Shown here: one piece after another, positions 19,263-28,813 of the stretch
How positions within the stretch are numbered: position 1 is the first letter of the stretch
How the letters are laid out: every line of letters begins with the position of its first letter
Assembly: GCA_002500485.1 (NCBI GenBank)
Contig: DLRJ01000062.1
Location: 577 to 64,576, forward strand
Length of the DNA stretch: 64,000 bases
Source: Dehalococcoidia bacterium UBA7891
GTDB taxonomy: Bacteria > Chloroflexota > Dehalococcoidia > Lucifugimonadales > UBA826
Reading direction: 5' to 3'
The notes under the pieces: model-generated
Database searches by the model: none
Told to the model about the DNA's origin: nothing
Seen by the model: the letters and a program-made list of their open reading frames with translations, nothing else
Made by a program: the position numbers and the translations under genes

Positions 19263-19814
19263 TTAATGTGGTTGGGCAATTTTCAATAGATGTGCGTGCT
19301 TCTCTCTTAACTTCGTTACCTTCGGTGCGATTATGAACTGGCAGTAAGGTTGGTAAGGATTGTTTTTAAAGAATGATTGATGATAGTCCTCACCTTCATA
19401 GAATTTCGAGGCATGCGTCACTTCTGTAACGATTGGATCGGGAAATACCTTCTCCTCATTTAGATATTTTATTGCCTGTTCAGCGAATTGTTTCTGGGTT
19501 TCGTTGTGAAAGAAGATGGCAGATCTGTATTGAGTCCCCACATCAGCCCCTTGCCTGTTTAGTGTCGTCGGATCATGGTAACTGAAGAATATTTCTAGGA
19601 CAGTCTGATAATCAATTAAAGTTTGATCATAATAAACTTCAATTGCCTCTGCATGGTCTGTAGTACCTGTGCAAATTTCTTCATAGGATGGGTTCTCAAC
19701 TGTTCCCCCTATGTAACCTGATACTACCTGATTTACTCCTTCAACTAACTCGAAAACAGCCTCTATACACCAAAAGCATCCTGCTGCCAGTGTAGCTTTT
19801 TCTATTTGGCTCAT
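19263..19814 (-). CDS. msrA: Peptide-methionine (S)-S-oxide reductase
   Basis: Active-site GCFWC motif (AAGCFWCIEAVF). The ATG at 19814 is preceded by AAGGTGG, so it is preferred over 19826. Confidence 0.9.
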   Translation of the reverse strand: MSQIEKATLAAGCFWCIEAVFELVEGVNQVVSGYIGGTVENPSYEEICTGTTDHAEAIEVYYDQTLIDYQTVLEIFFSYHDPTTLNRQGADVGTQYRSAIFFHNETQKQFAEQAIKYLNEEKVFPDPIVTEVTHASKFYEGEDYHQSFFKNNPYQPYCQFIIAPKVTKLREKHAHLLKIAQPH

Positions 19815-19960
19815 GCTTTTTACCACCTTACGTCTATTTCGGACTAATTCACGTTTCTTCGATTGGGATTATACCCTTATGGTAAATGATATGTATTAGG
19901 TTAGAGATTCGTGTAGGATTCTCTGATGTTCAGTAACTGTGGAGTAGGTTCAATGGTTCT

Positions 19961-21178
19961 GTGAGGAAAATTTTAGAAAGGGCTTTTGATTCTCTAAACG
20001 TTCGAGGATTTCGCTTTATGTGGCTAGGAGACTTGGCTCTCTCAACTGCAGAATTTATGGAAATCCTGATCTTGTCTTGGTATATATTAGCGCAAACTGA
20101 GTCTCCTCTTGTTCTGGGGATTTTTGCCGCGCTTAGGTTTACTGGCACAGTGGTAGCGCCTTTTTTTGGGGTCATAGTTGATCGCATAGGAAGGCGCAGG
20201 ATATACCTGTTTGCCCGAATTTCATTTGTCATATTATCTTCGTCAATATTTTTATTAACCGTGTTTAATTTTCTAAGCGTAGCAGCGGTTTTAATCATCG
20301 CAGCCCTTGTCGGGCTTTCCCGTTCCTTGGATATGATTGTCAGACAGTCTGTGCTTCCAGTTATCGTTTCTCCGCCTCAATTGCAAAACGGTGTCGCTCT
20401 CTTAAGGACCGGAAGGGATATGACACAAATCGTTGGCCCGGTTTTCGGAGGGTTTTTGTTGGAGTCTGTAGGTGTAGGTAGAAGCTATCTTTTTATTATT
20501 GTTTTGCACTTATTATCTTTGCTCTTTGTGTTCTTGATCCCTGGAGTACCCAATACTGCTATAAAAACTGCCCAATCTATGTTTGAAAACTTAAAAGGGG
20601 GATTTTCTTATGTCAAAATAAACCCGTTTTTGTTTGGTCTGCTTGCTGTTGCGTTTACTGTTAACTTAACGGCATTTCCATTAAACAACACACTCCTGGC
20701 AGTGATAGCCAGGCAGGTGATGAATATCGATGCAGCGGGCTTAGGGTGGTTGATGGGTACATACTCTGCTGGAGCCTTACTTGGTTCATTGCTTATTGGT
20801 TATTTTTCTAATATGGATAGAGCAGGATGGGCAATGATAGTCGGTTCAATATTATGGCATATAGGTATTCTAATCATGGCTTATATGCAATGGTTCTACG
20901 TATCTTTGCCAGTTTTATTTTTTGTCGGCATATCACAGTCTTTTGCAATGGTCACGATGGCTATGATGTTGTTGAAATACACTTCAGCAGAAATGCGGGG
21001 TCGGGTTCTCGGCCTTCGCCAATTAGCTGTTTACGGTTTGCCTGTAGGGGTGTTGATTTCTGGATTTATTGCGGAAAATAGCAATGCATCACTTGCCTTA
21101 ATTTTCAATGGGTTACTTGGTTTGTTTATACTGGTACTCGCCATTTTTAAATGGCCTGAGATGTTGCATAGAAGGTAG
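19961..21178 (+). CDS. MFS transporter
   Basis: About 12 hydrophobic segments. MFS loop motif GVIVDRIGRRR between TM2 and TM3. GTG start. Confidence 0.75.
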   Translation: MRKILERAFDSLNVRGFRFMWLGDLALSTAEFMEILILSWYILAQTESPLVLGIFAALRFTGTVVAPFFGVIVDRIGRRRIYLFARISFVILSSSIFLLTVFNFLSVAAVLIIAALVGLSRSLDMIVRQSVLPVIVSPPQLQNGVALLRTGRDMTQIVGPVFGGFLLESVGVGRSYLFIIVLHLLSLLFVFLIPGVPNTAIKTAQSMFENLKGGFSYVKINPFLFGLLAVAFTVNLTAFPLNNTLLAVIARQVMNIDAAGLGWLMGTYSAGALLGSLLIGYFSNMDRAGWAMIVGSILWHIGILIMAYMQWFYVSLPVLFFVGISQSFAMVTMAMMLLKYTSAEMRGRVLGLRQLAVYGLPVGVLISGFIAENSNASLALIFNGLLGLFILVLAIFKWPEMLHRR

Positions 21179-21199
21179 TCGCTTAGAGGATTAAAGATA

Positions 21200-21718
21200 A
21201 TGACCCCAGAAGAACAAAGAGTCAGAGAGTATCTAATTTCGCAAGGAGAAAAATATCCCTTTAAACAGTTATGGACCAGAGTTATAGCGGCTCGCTTGGA
21301 ATTGATAAAGGAAGTGTCAGATGTGACTCAAAGTCAGGCAGACTTTTCTTTTCATAAAGATGAATGGGCTATTTCAGAGATATTGGAACACGTAATTAAT
21401 AGTACAAGTAGAGTGACAGATCTTATTTCAGATCTCACGAGTGGAGGTATAGGGGATTCCTCGGGTATAGATCCCCCAAGAGAGCTTTCTCACTCCAACA
21501 TTGATGAATTGCGCGGACAAATTCTGGAAGGGGCATTTAAATGGACTGCTATGACAGATAATCTGCCAGATACTCCCAATATGGAAAACAATTCAGATCA
21601 CGGTTTTTTTGGCGATTTGCATGCTGGAGGTTGGTACATGTTTCAAAGAGTTCATGATTTAGATCATTTGAACCAAATAAGAAACAATAAATCTCACGCT
21701 GATTATCCAAATAATTAG
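21200..21718 (+). CDS. DinB-like (DinB_2/YfiT-type four-helix bundle) protein
   Basis: His-containing segments ILEHVINS and VHDLDHLNQI fit DinB-family metal-site spacing. Weak call made by eye. Confidence 0.55.
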   Translation: MTPEEQRVREYLISQGEKYPFKQLWTRVIAARLELIKEVSDVTQSQADFSFHKDEWAISEILEHVINSTSRVTDLISDLTSGGIGDSSGIDPPRELSHSNIDELRGQILEGAFKWTAMTDNLPDTPNMENNSDHGFFGDLHAGGWYMFQRVHDLDHLNQIRNNKSHADYPNN

Positions 21719-21743
21719 TGAATAAAGGTGATAGACAGATAAC

Positions 21744-22802
21744 ATGAAAATAGCAGTACGATCATTTAGTGGTGTTAGGTCTGACTTATCTTGGTCTGAT
21801 CCTTCGGATTGGAATCAAATAGCAGATTTTGCAAAGGAAGCTGAATCTTTAGGGGCTGATTCGATATGGACCTCCGAAGCTTGGGGGACCGACGCGATCA
21901 CCCCTCTGGCTTATTTGGCTGCTTCCACAACAAAGATACGGTTGGGTACGGGGATTGTTCAGGTCGGTAGTCGGACCCCAGGTAATTTGGTAATGACTAG
22001 CTTGACTTTGCAATCTATGTCGGGTGGTAGATTTATTCTTGGGCTGGGTACTAGTGGGCCACAAGTTATAGAAGGATTTCACGGCGTGACTTTTGGCAAT
22101 CCTGTACTAAGAACGAAGGAACTATTGGAAATTATCAAAATGGGTGTGTCCGGGGAAAAGCTCCAGTATCAAGGAAAATACTATCAATTACCCTTGGATG
22201 GCGGAGAAGGTAAGTCCATAAGAACCAGCGCTAAAACTTGGCATGTTCCAGTATATGTGGCTTCTCTTGGTCCTAGCAATTTAGAAATGACTGGTGAAAA
22301 GGCCGATGGATGGATAGGAGGTTGTTTTATCCCAGAAACAGGAAACGTTTTTCTGGATAAAATCAAAGAAGGGCTCTTTCGTTCTGGTAGAAGTATTGAA
22401 GACATAGATATATTGATACCAGTTTCCTTAGATTTCACCGATGACGTTGAAGAAACAGCAAAAAGACATGCTCGTGGATATGGATTTACCTTTGGGGCAA
22501 TGGGGTCAGTGAAGAACAATTTTTACAAGAATGCGTATGCAAGACAAGGTTATGGCGAGATTGTAGATGTTGTCCAAAAATTGTGGGTTGAAGGGAGAAG
22601 AGAAGAGGCTCGAGATATGGTACCTAATGAGCTTGCTTTGAAATCCAATTTAATTGGAACAGATAAAATGATTAAGGAAAGACTTTTACTCTATAAGAAT
22701 CTGGGTGTTAGTACTCTTAAAGTTGATTTACCTGGTGACGATATTGCTAGTAAAAGCGATGCTTTAGGAAGGCTAATGGATCTTGTTTCTGATTTGGATT
22801 AA
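21744..22802 (+). CDS. LLM-class (luciferase-like) oxidoreductase, probably F420-dependent
   Basis: SIWTSEAWGTDAITPLAYLAA..IRLGTGIVQV..RTP and LGLGTSGPQVIEGFHGV resemble the F420-dependent LLM subgroup. Confidence 0.7.
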   Translation: MKIAVRSFSGVRSDLSWSDPSDWNQIADFAKEAESLGADSIWTSEAWGTDAITPLAYLAASTTKIRLGTGIVQVGSRTPGNLVMTSLTLQSMSGGRFILGLGTSGPQVIEGFHGVTFGNPVLRTKELLEIIKMGVSGEKLQYQGKYYQLPLDGGEGKSIRTSAKTWHVPVYVASLGPSNLEMTGEKADGWIGGCFIPETGNVFLDKIKEGLFRSGRSIEDIDILIPVSLDFTDDVEETAKRHARGYGFTFGAMGSVKNNFYKNAYARQGYGEIVDVVQKLWVEGRREEARDMVPNELALKSNLIGTDKMIKERLLLYKNLGVSTLKVDLPGDDIASKSDALGRLMDLVSDLD

Positions 22803-22807
22803 CAGAT

Positions 22808-23848
22808 ATGAGGCTAGCACTTTTCACACATATGTCGTGGCCAGAGGGAGTGAATCAGACTTCGGTGTTTCATGATTCAGTTGAACAGGTTAAGTTAGCT
22901 GAATCTATGGGATACCACGGAGCATGGTTCGCAGAACATCACTTCACTAGATACAGTATGGGTTCTTCTGTGTTGCTAATGCTTGGGCATTTGGCGGCAG
23001 TGACAGAGAAAATACGTTTGGGGACCGCAGTAATTGTTCCAAACTTGCATAATCCTATCAGGATTGCTGAGGACTCAGCCCTTGTAGATCTCCTAAGCCG
23101 AGGACGTCTAGATGTTGGGTTCGGAAGAGGTACATATGGTTATGAATATGGTGGTTTTGGAGTTCCCGCGGAAGATAGCCAATCTAGGTTTAGAGAAACC
23201 GTCCTAGCAGTACGGGATTTATGGTGTGATAAAGATGTAAGTGTCGACAGCCCTTTTTTTTCTGTTCGCAATGTGGATTTGGTTCCATCTGTTGTTCAGT
23301 CACCTCATCCTCCTATATATATAGCTGCAACGAGGTCTGAAGAGACCTTGGATTTTATGATTTCAAACCAGTTTCTTTTATGTATAGCGGTTGTTCAAGA
23401 TACAGATGCTGCGCTTGCTTTGGTAGAAAAATATAGAAGATTATGTCACCTGAAGGATCAATCGGATCATATGGATGAAGTGCCGTTTTTTCGGTATGTT
23501 CATGTGGCTGATACGGAGAGAAAGGCTCTTGATAACACCAAAAAACATGTAGATTGGATACAGGATATTATGCAATGGCGTAGGAACTTAGTGGGTACTA
23601 CTGAGGTTCATTTACCCATAAAAAAATGGAGGAATGAGCGAGATGAGTTACCACCAGATAACCGCTATATCTCTGGGAAAAGAGCATTTATAGGAACACC
23701 TGAGGCTGTCGCTGAAAAAATCATTTCTCTAAAAGATCACGGAATTTCGTATTTCGGATGCAATTTTGCGATGGGAGGACTCCCTCAGGAAGAGGTAATT
23801 AAGTCAATGAAATTGTTCGAAAAGAAAGTGATACCTTTAATTTCATGA
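22808..23848 (+). CDS. LLM-class flavin-dependent monooxygenase (luciferase-like)
   Basis: AWFAEHHFTRYS, IRLGTAV and GRLDVGFGRG motifs. A 5-nt gap to the preceding LLM gene. Confidence 0.75.
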   Translation: MRLALFTHMSWPEGVNQTSVFHDSVEQVKLAESMGYHGAWFAEHHFTRYSMGSSVLLMLGHLAAVTEKIRLGTAVIVPNLHNPIRIAEDSALVDLLSRGRLDVGFGRGTYGYEYGGFGVPAEDSQSRFRETVLAVRDLWCDKDVSVDSPFFSVRNVDLVPSVVQSPHPPIYIAATRSEETLDFMISNQFLLCIAVVQDTDAALALVEKYRRLCHLKDQSDHMDEVPFFRYVHVADTERKALDNTKKHVDWIQDIMQWRRNLVGTTEVHLPIKKWRNERDELPPDNRYISGKRAFIGTPEAVAEKIISLKDHGISYFGCNFAMGGLPQEEVIKSMKLFEKKVIPLIS

Positions 23849-23855
23849 ATAATGA

Positions 23856-24716
23856 TTAGGATAGGAACTCTTTAAACCAGTCTTTAAATTGTTGGTCTTT
23901 AGTCACTTTGTCTATTAACTCACTATCTAGCGCTGTTGTGCTGACTTCTGAAGGTTGTTTGCCTTCAATAAGAGCTTTCATTGTGTCTCTAGTTGCCTTT
24001 ACAGCTGCCATAAAAGGTAGGTGTCCTTGGAGCGCTATCTTCACTCCCATTGATGAAAGATACTGGTCGTCGTTTATGTCCTTTGGTGTACCTCCCAGCA
24101 TTATAGGTATCGCAATGGAATTCTTGACGGCTTCTAGTTGAGATCTGGTAGTTAACCCGGCAAAGAAAATCGCATCAACTCCGATGCTTTCATATGCCTT
24201 GGCCCTTTCAATAGCATCTTCCGTACCTGTTACTTGGAATGCACTGGTTCTGCCAGCTATTACTAGACTTTGATCTTTTCTACCGGACAATGCCGCTTTC
24301 ATTTTACCTATACCTTCTGGTAAAGATATTAACTCTGGCTCAGATTTCCCAAACTGCTTTGGGAGGACAGTATCTTCAATCGTGAGTGCAGCCACCCCCG
24401 CGTTTTCTAGTTCTTCCACTGTTCTTTTGACGTTAAGTGCGTTTCCGTACCCGTGGTCTGCATCTACCATTATTGGAAGGTCTGAGGCACGACATATTCT
24501 TCGTGCTTGCTCTGCAAATTCAGTAAGAGTTATTAGAATGTGGTCAGGGTCACCTAACACTACAGCCGAGGCGATCGAGCCGGCGAACATACCCACCTGA
24601 TACTCTAAGTCTTCAGCAATCCGAGAAGATATGGCGTCAAACACTGATCCTGGATGCACGCATCGATTACCCGAGAGTATCTGTCTGAAGTGGTGCCGTT
24701 TTTGGCTATCAGTCAT
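23856..24716 (-). CDS. Isocitrate lyase/PEP mutase superfamily protein (not PepM; oxaloacetate-decarboxylase-like branch possible)
   Basis: VDADHGYGNALNV and AALTIEDTVLPKQFG. It lacks the PepM EDKx5NS signature and the ICL/MICL KxCGH motif. Confidence 0.75.
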   Translation of the reverse strand: MTDSQKRHHFRQILSGNRCVHPGSVFDAISSRIAEDLEYQVGMFAGSIASAVVLGDPDHILITLTEFAEQARRICRASDLPIMVDADHGYGNALNVKRTVEELENAGVAALTIEDTVLPKQFGKSEPELISLPEGIGKMKAALSGRKDQSLVIAGRTSAFQVTGTEDAIERAKAYESIGVDAIFFAGLTTRSQLEAVKNSIAIPIMLGGTPKDINDDQYLSSMGVKIALQGHLPFMAAVKATRDTMKALIEGKQPSEVSTTALDSELIDKVTKDQQFKDWFKEFLS

Positions 24717-24934
24717 TTCTTCCTCGTATGAACAGTATGAGTGCGATCGATTGTAGCAGACCTTGATTTTGATAGGTTAGTGATTGGATATGTTGACGAC
24801 AAGAGGGGTCAAGGCTGGGTATAGTGGGAATAACATAGGGAGTGACAGGCGACCGATTTTAGGAGATCATCTGATGGGCTCAAGATAATAATTTCAAGGT
24901 TTTCTGATTAGCCGGAATTTTTAGAGGGAGAAAT

Positions 24935-26374
24935 ATGACTAAGATAATATTAGCTGTCTTCGATGGTTTGCAGCCCGCTCAAATAAATAGTGTGGATACA
25001 CCTAACTTGTTCCGAGTATCCCAGAATGGTGCTTTTTTTGAAAACCATCATCCTGTTTTTCCGTCAGTTACTAGAGTAAACGCTGCATCAATGGTCACAG
25101 GCGTGAATCCTGGTAAACATTGGTTGGCTGGTAACTCTTTTGTAGCAAGAGATTATGATGATTCGAAGGTGATACTGGCCCTCAACGTTCAATTATCTGA
25201 GATTCGAAATGCTGGCTTGGAGGTGCTAGGTGTACCAACTTTGCAAGAAATCATTTCGGAAAAAAGTATGGAGTATGTCGCGATTGGTGTAGGCACCAGT
25301 GGAAATGCTTATGTGCATAACCCTCTTGCTGATGTTTATGGTGGAGCTACCATTCATCCTGAATTCACAATACCTCACAGATTGCATAAGGAACTTGAAG
25401 GCTTATTCGGTGGATGGCCAGAAGAACAATTACCTAACACTCCAAGATACAAAAAGGCAGTCGATATATTTATTGAGTATGTGTTGGGTAAAATCAATCC
25501 TGAAGTTGCCTTAATATGGTCTTCAGAGCCAGATAAATCACAGCATGCATCTGGTGTTGGAAGTGATGCTGCCCAGGCAGCACTGAGGCAGGCTGACGCA
25601 GAATTCGGCAGAATTATGGAGTACATCAGTACTTCGAGCCAACATCAGAATTCGGATTTAATGATTCTGTCCGATCATGGGTATTCAACTATTACGGAAG
25701 TGATAGATATTGAAACACTTCTGGAGTCTTCTAATTTGGCAGGTTCCGATGGTTGGCTCTTGGCACAAAATGGTGGTTGTGTGCTTTTTTATTTGAAAAA
25801 TCAAGAAGATGTTTATTTGATTCCCGAGTTGGTTGAATGGCTTTCTGGTCAGGTATGGTGTGGAACCTTATGCGCTTCGGAACGTTTAGGAGAAGTAAAA
25901 GGTACTATTCCTTTGTCTTCTATTATGAATGAAGGAAAAAGGTCTGCAGATATAATAATGTCTTTCCACTGGGACTCCTCTGATAACGTTGATGGATACG
26001 CAGGGCATGTGTTTTCAACTGGTGGTGCAAAAAATCTTGGACAGCACGGTTCCATCAGCCTACATGAGATGAACAATACTCTCATATGCAGTGGGCCTAC
26101 ATTTCTGGAAGGTGAAAAAATATTGTCACCTACTGGTAACACAGATATTCTGCCGACCATACTGTCAATATTGGGAGAAGAGCTCCCTGCTCATGTAGAA
26201 GGGAGAATATTAGAAGAAAGCTTCAAAGGATCTGATAACGAGATCATATCAGAAATGAAAATACATGAAGCTTCCTTAAGTACAGAATTCGGGACCTATT
26301 CGCAGGAAATCACAATATCAGCTGTTGGTCAGACTCAATATATCGAAGAAGGAAGATCTTGGTTAAAAAAGTGA
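24935..26374 (+). CDS. Alkaline-phosphatase superfamily, nucleotide pyrophosphatase/phosphodiesterase (NPP/PhnA-like) family hydrolase
   Basis: Metal-site VFDGL, nucleophile region FPSVTRVNAASMVTG, and ILSDHGY. RBS GAGGGAGA. Confidence 0.7.
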   Translation: MTKIILAVFDGLQPAQINSVDTPNLFRVSQNGAFFENHHPVFPSVTRVNAASMVTGVNPGKHWLAGNSFVARDYDDSKVILALNVQLSEIRNAGLEVLGVPTLQEIISEKSMEYVAIGVGTSGNAYVHNPLADVYGGATIHPEFTIPHRLHKELEGLFGGWPEEQLPNTPRYKKAVDIFIEYVLGKINPEVALIWSSEPDKSQHASGVGSDAAQAALRQADAEFGRIMEYISTSSQHQNSDLMILSDHGYSTITEVIDIETLLESSNLAGSDGWLLAQNGGCVLFYLKNQEDVYLIPELVEWLSGQVWCGTLCASERLGEVKGTIPLSSIMNEGKRSADIIMSFHWDSSDNVDGYAGHVFSTGGAKNLGQHGSISLHEMNNTLICSGPTFLEGEKILSPTGNTDILPTILSILGEELPAHVEGRILEESFKGSDNEIISEMKIHEASLSTEFGTYSQEITISAVGQTQYIEEGRSWLKK

Positions 26375-26383
26375 GAAAAAATT

Positions 26384-26755
26384 ATGCTTTTTGATGATTC
26401 GGTTATTTTGGAGCAATTCATTTGGGAATCAAATGTTTCTGATAAGGATAATAATTTCAAAAATGATGTTGCTCTATATACTCAGGAAGATCCTCTCCCA
26501 ACAGTAAGACGGTTAAGTCGAAATCTGGATATACCTATTGGATCAGTAGTTAGGTACATTCTTTGTAAATGGGCTATGTCAGGAAGTGAGTCTTTGTTGG
26601 ATTTGGGTCCTGATATGGTAAGAAAAATATCGGATATTTTTGAAGATGCCGAATCGGACGGAACTGATGAAGCTAGGTTGGAAGCTTACAACTCAGTCAA
26701 GGCCATTATGAGCTGGATGAAGGTACCGCTAGATAACCCCAATTACAGGAGTTAG
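26384..26755 (+). CDS. Hypothetical protein
   Basis: A 123-aa ORF 9 nt downstream of the NPP-like gene, with protein-like composition and no recognised motif. Confidence 0.4.
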   Translation: MLFDDSVILEQFIWESNVSDKDNNFKNDVALYTQEDPLPTVRRLSRNLDIPIGSVVRYILCKWAMSGSESLLDLGPDMVRKISDIFEDAESDGTDEARLEAYNSVKAIMSWMKVPLDNPNYRS

Positions 26756-26879
26756 ATTCTCAGCACCTTCTTTTTATAGGGTTCAATTAGTCCCAACTCA
26801 TCAGTATTTACAAGGGCAAACGCTGATGAAGCACTTAACTAATTACAGGTAAACTCAAGGGCATAGCTGCATGTTTGCT

Positions 26880-28075
26880 GCACGCTAGGCCTGGCAGGTC
26901 AAAGTACGCCTACACCTTTCTTCAACCATGGGAGAGCATTCGACCATATTTCACTGTGATCACGGGCACTAGGTCGGATGTTGTCGATCCTGATCCCTGT
27001 TTTATGGGATAGCTCTTGTCTAGGGGAGTGATAAATGGAAGGAGGCATGTACTCCAAAACATGCTCCGATTTTAACCAGATCTTCAATCACGAGGCTTGC
27101 TTCGCGGTCCGAACGGTTCCGGTAGGAATGGTTCATCCCGCGCCTTAAGGAATGCACCAAAGCTACCTTCTGCCTGCGCGCGATCAAGGTGTTCAACATC
27201 CGGACCGTCGTTCGCAGCCTCAACAATTGTGGAGAGCGCACCATTCATATTTAGAGCAGAACGTAGACCCATTGCATCGAGTCCGTATGTGGTGATCGCC
27301 TTGTTGAATCGGATCGATTCAGACGGCACTTTTGCAAGTCGCAATGCTAGTGCTCGAGCTTTTTCTAACAGTTGGTCATGCGGTACCACTTCGTTGATCG
27401 CTCCAATGCGCAGTGCCTCTTGCGCGTCGAAATGATCTCCTGTTAGCGCGTATCGATGCGCATTTTTCCATCCACAGAGCAGTGCAAACAAAACAGTTGT
27501 ATTTGACGTCATTCGAATCTCCGGCTGACCGAAAGTCGCCTGATCCGAAGCAATCGTGATGTCGCAAGCAAGTGAGTACCAGAAGCCTCCTCCAATACAC
27601 CAGCCGTTAACTGCAGCGATGATGGGCTTTGGATGCTCCATTAGATGCATGATGTGCGTAGGTCCGCCCGTGCTGAGCATCGATGAACCCCATTGCCGCT
27701 TTAAATGAGTGCTTGTTGGAAGACGAGGTCGTTTGCTTCTGTCACCCGAGATGTCGTAGCCAGCTGAGAAAGCACGTCCACTGCCGGTAACGATAATGGA
27801 TCGGATTGCTTCGTTTTCTGCAGCAATATCAAGCGCATGATGAAATTCGCGCTCGAGATTCTGAGAAATAGCATTGAGTGCGTCTGGTCGGTTCCAAGTA
27901 ATAGTTAAGACTGGTCCGTCTATTTCATAAAGTATGTTCTTGAATTCGGGCATTGGTACCTCGTTACATCGCGTACGATTCAAATTTTTTGTTTTCAGGC
28001 GGCCATTGTACTGTGCGATTGCTGCCTCTGGGCGAAGAATAAATCGTCCAAACCCCCTAATAAATAGGTACATAA
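26880..28075. other. Compositionally atypical (high-GC) segment, candidate horizontally acquired island
   Basis: Hand-counted 60-nt blocks are 53% (26881-26940), 52% (26941-27000) and 57% (27121-27180) GC. This compares with 38% (26761-26820) and 28% (26401-26460) just outside. Confidence 0.6.
27084..27953 (-). CDS. Enoyl-CoA hydratase/isomerase (crotonase) family protein, high-GC
   Basis: LTITWNRPDALNA, IIVTGSGRAFSAGYDI and AAVNGWCIGGG. The ATG at 27953 (MPEFKNILYEIDGP) follows GAGG. The tracked 40-aa N-terminal extension looks non-coding. Confidence 0.8.
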   Translation of the reverse strand: MPEFKNILYEIDGPVLTITWNRPDALNAISQNLEREFHHALDIAAENEAIRSIIVTGSGRAFSAGYDISGDRSKRPRLPTSTHLKRQWGSSMLSTGGPTHIMHLMEHPKPIIAAVNGWCIGGGFWYSLACDITIASDQATFGQPEIRMTSNTTVLFALLCGWKNAHRYALTGDHFDAQEALRIGAINEVVPHDQLLEKARALALRLAKVPSESIRFNKAITTYGLDAMGLRSALNMNGALSTIVEAANDGPDVEHLDRAQAEGSFGAFLKARDEPFLPEPFGPRSKPRD

Positions 28076-28200
28076 TTAGGGAATTGGCAGAGTTATAGCC
28101 TATTTAGCCAATGTTCCAAATGCTACGCTATTACTGGGGTTTAGAGGAATGGGAACCTTCTTTAAACTTTGTACCCACCCTCACCATTATTAGGGCCTGT

Positions 28201-28785
28201 TTAACTTATTCCTAGTTCCGATCTCAAATCAGATATCGTTTGCCCTCTGTTCCTTGATACCCTTCTTTCTCGCATTCCTATAGGAAGATTTTCAACTTCA
28301 GCCGGAACTTTAATGGCTACAAAGACCGGGCCATCTTGGTTCATAATTTCGTCTAGGCTGGTGGAGAGTTCCTCTAGGTCGTCGAAATTATATGTGGCAG
28401 CGTAGCCTGATCCAGCAGCTATTACTGAATAGTCGATATCTTCGGAGTTAGGCACCGGTTGACCACCAGTAGTGGCGTAACATCCATTGTCCAAAAGGAA
28501 ATGAACAAAATTCGCAGGTTTTTTACCGGCTATTGAGGCTAAAACACCGAGGTTCATTAGCAATGCTCCTTCGGTATCAAAATGAACCACCTTTTCGTTT
28601 GGAAGGCCCAAGGCCAAACCAAATATCGCTGCGGTGGACTGGCCCATGGCCCCACCCAGAGAGATGTCCCTATTTTGGTTGGTCGTTACATCGGCCCAAT
28701 GTTTTCCAGACGTACCCTGGACCGACACAATTGCATTGCCCCTGTGTTCTTGAAATGCTTCAAATACTTCTTTTGATTCGATCAT
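28201..28785 (-). CDS. ThDP-binding beta subunit, sulfopyruvate/phosphonopyruvate decarboxylase-like (ComE-like)
   Basis: Size (~194 aa) and the pyrophosphate-binding module FDTEGALLMNLG...LLDNGCYATTGGQ fit. The ATG at 28785 follows AGGAG. Confidence 0.7.
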   Translation of the reverse strand: MIESKEVFEAFQEHRGNAIVSVQGTSGKHWADVTTNQNRDISLGGAMGQSTAAIFGLALGLPNEKVVHFDTEGALLMNLGVLASIAGKKPANFVHFLLDNGCYATTGGQPVPNSEDIDYSVIAAGSGYAATYNFDDLEELSTSLDEIMNQDGPVFVAIKVPAEVENLPIGMRERRVSRNRGQTISDLRSELGIS

Positions 28786-28813
28786 TTTATACTCCTGACG
28801 ATTTAAAACCCGA

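Noticed and set aside
19930-20298. 122-aa minus-strand ORF overlapping the 5' end of the MFS transporter gene
   Set aside because: It is antisense to a well-supported multi-TM gene, with a basic low-complexity composition. Shadow ORF.
23856-24716. PEP mutase (phosphonate biosynthesis entry enzyme)
   Set aside because: The diagnostic EDKx5NS motif is absent (sequence reads EDTVLPKQFG), and the ICL/MICL KxCGH motif is also absent. It is kept only as a generic ICL/PEPM superfamily member.
26776-26800. tRNA T-arm-like string GGGTTCAATTAGTCCC at the left edge of the high-GC island (possible tRNA or att site)
   Set aside because: Flanking bases cannot form a 5-bp T-stem, and no acceptor or anticodon arms can be drawn. 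It is not a tRNA gene or a convincing tRNA fragment.
26899-27087. 62-codon ORF downstream of the high-GC crotonase as a genuine gene
   Set aside because: It has only a TTG start, no RBS and no recognisable motif. It may be a truncated remnant co-transferred with the crotonase. It is not reported as a CDS.
27954-28073. 40-codon N-terminal extension of the high-GC crotonase in the ORF track
   Set aside because: The internal ATG at 27953 has a GAGG RBS and yields the canonical crotonase N-terminus. The extension (MYLFIRGFGRFILRP...) is not protein-like and crosses the compositional boundary.
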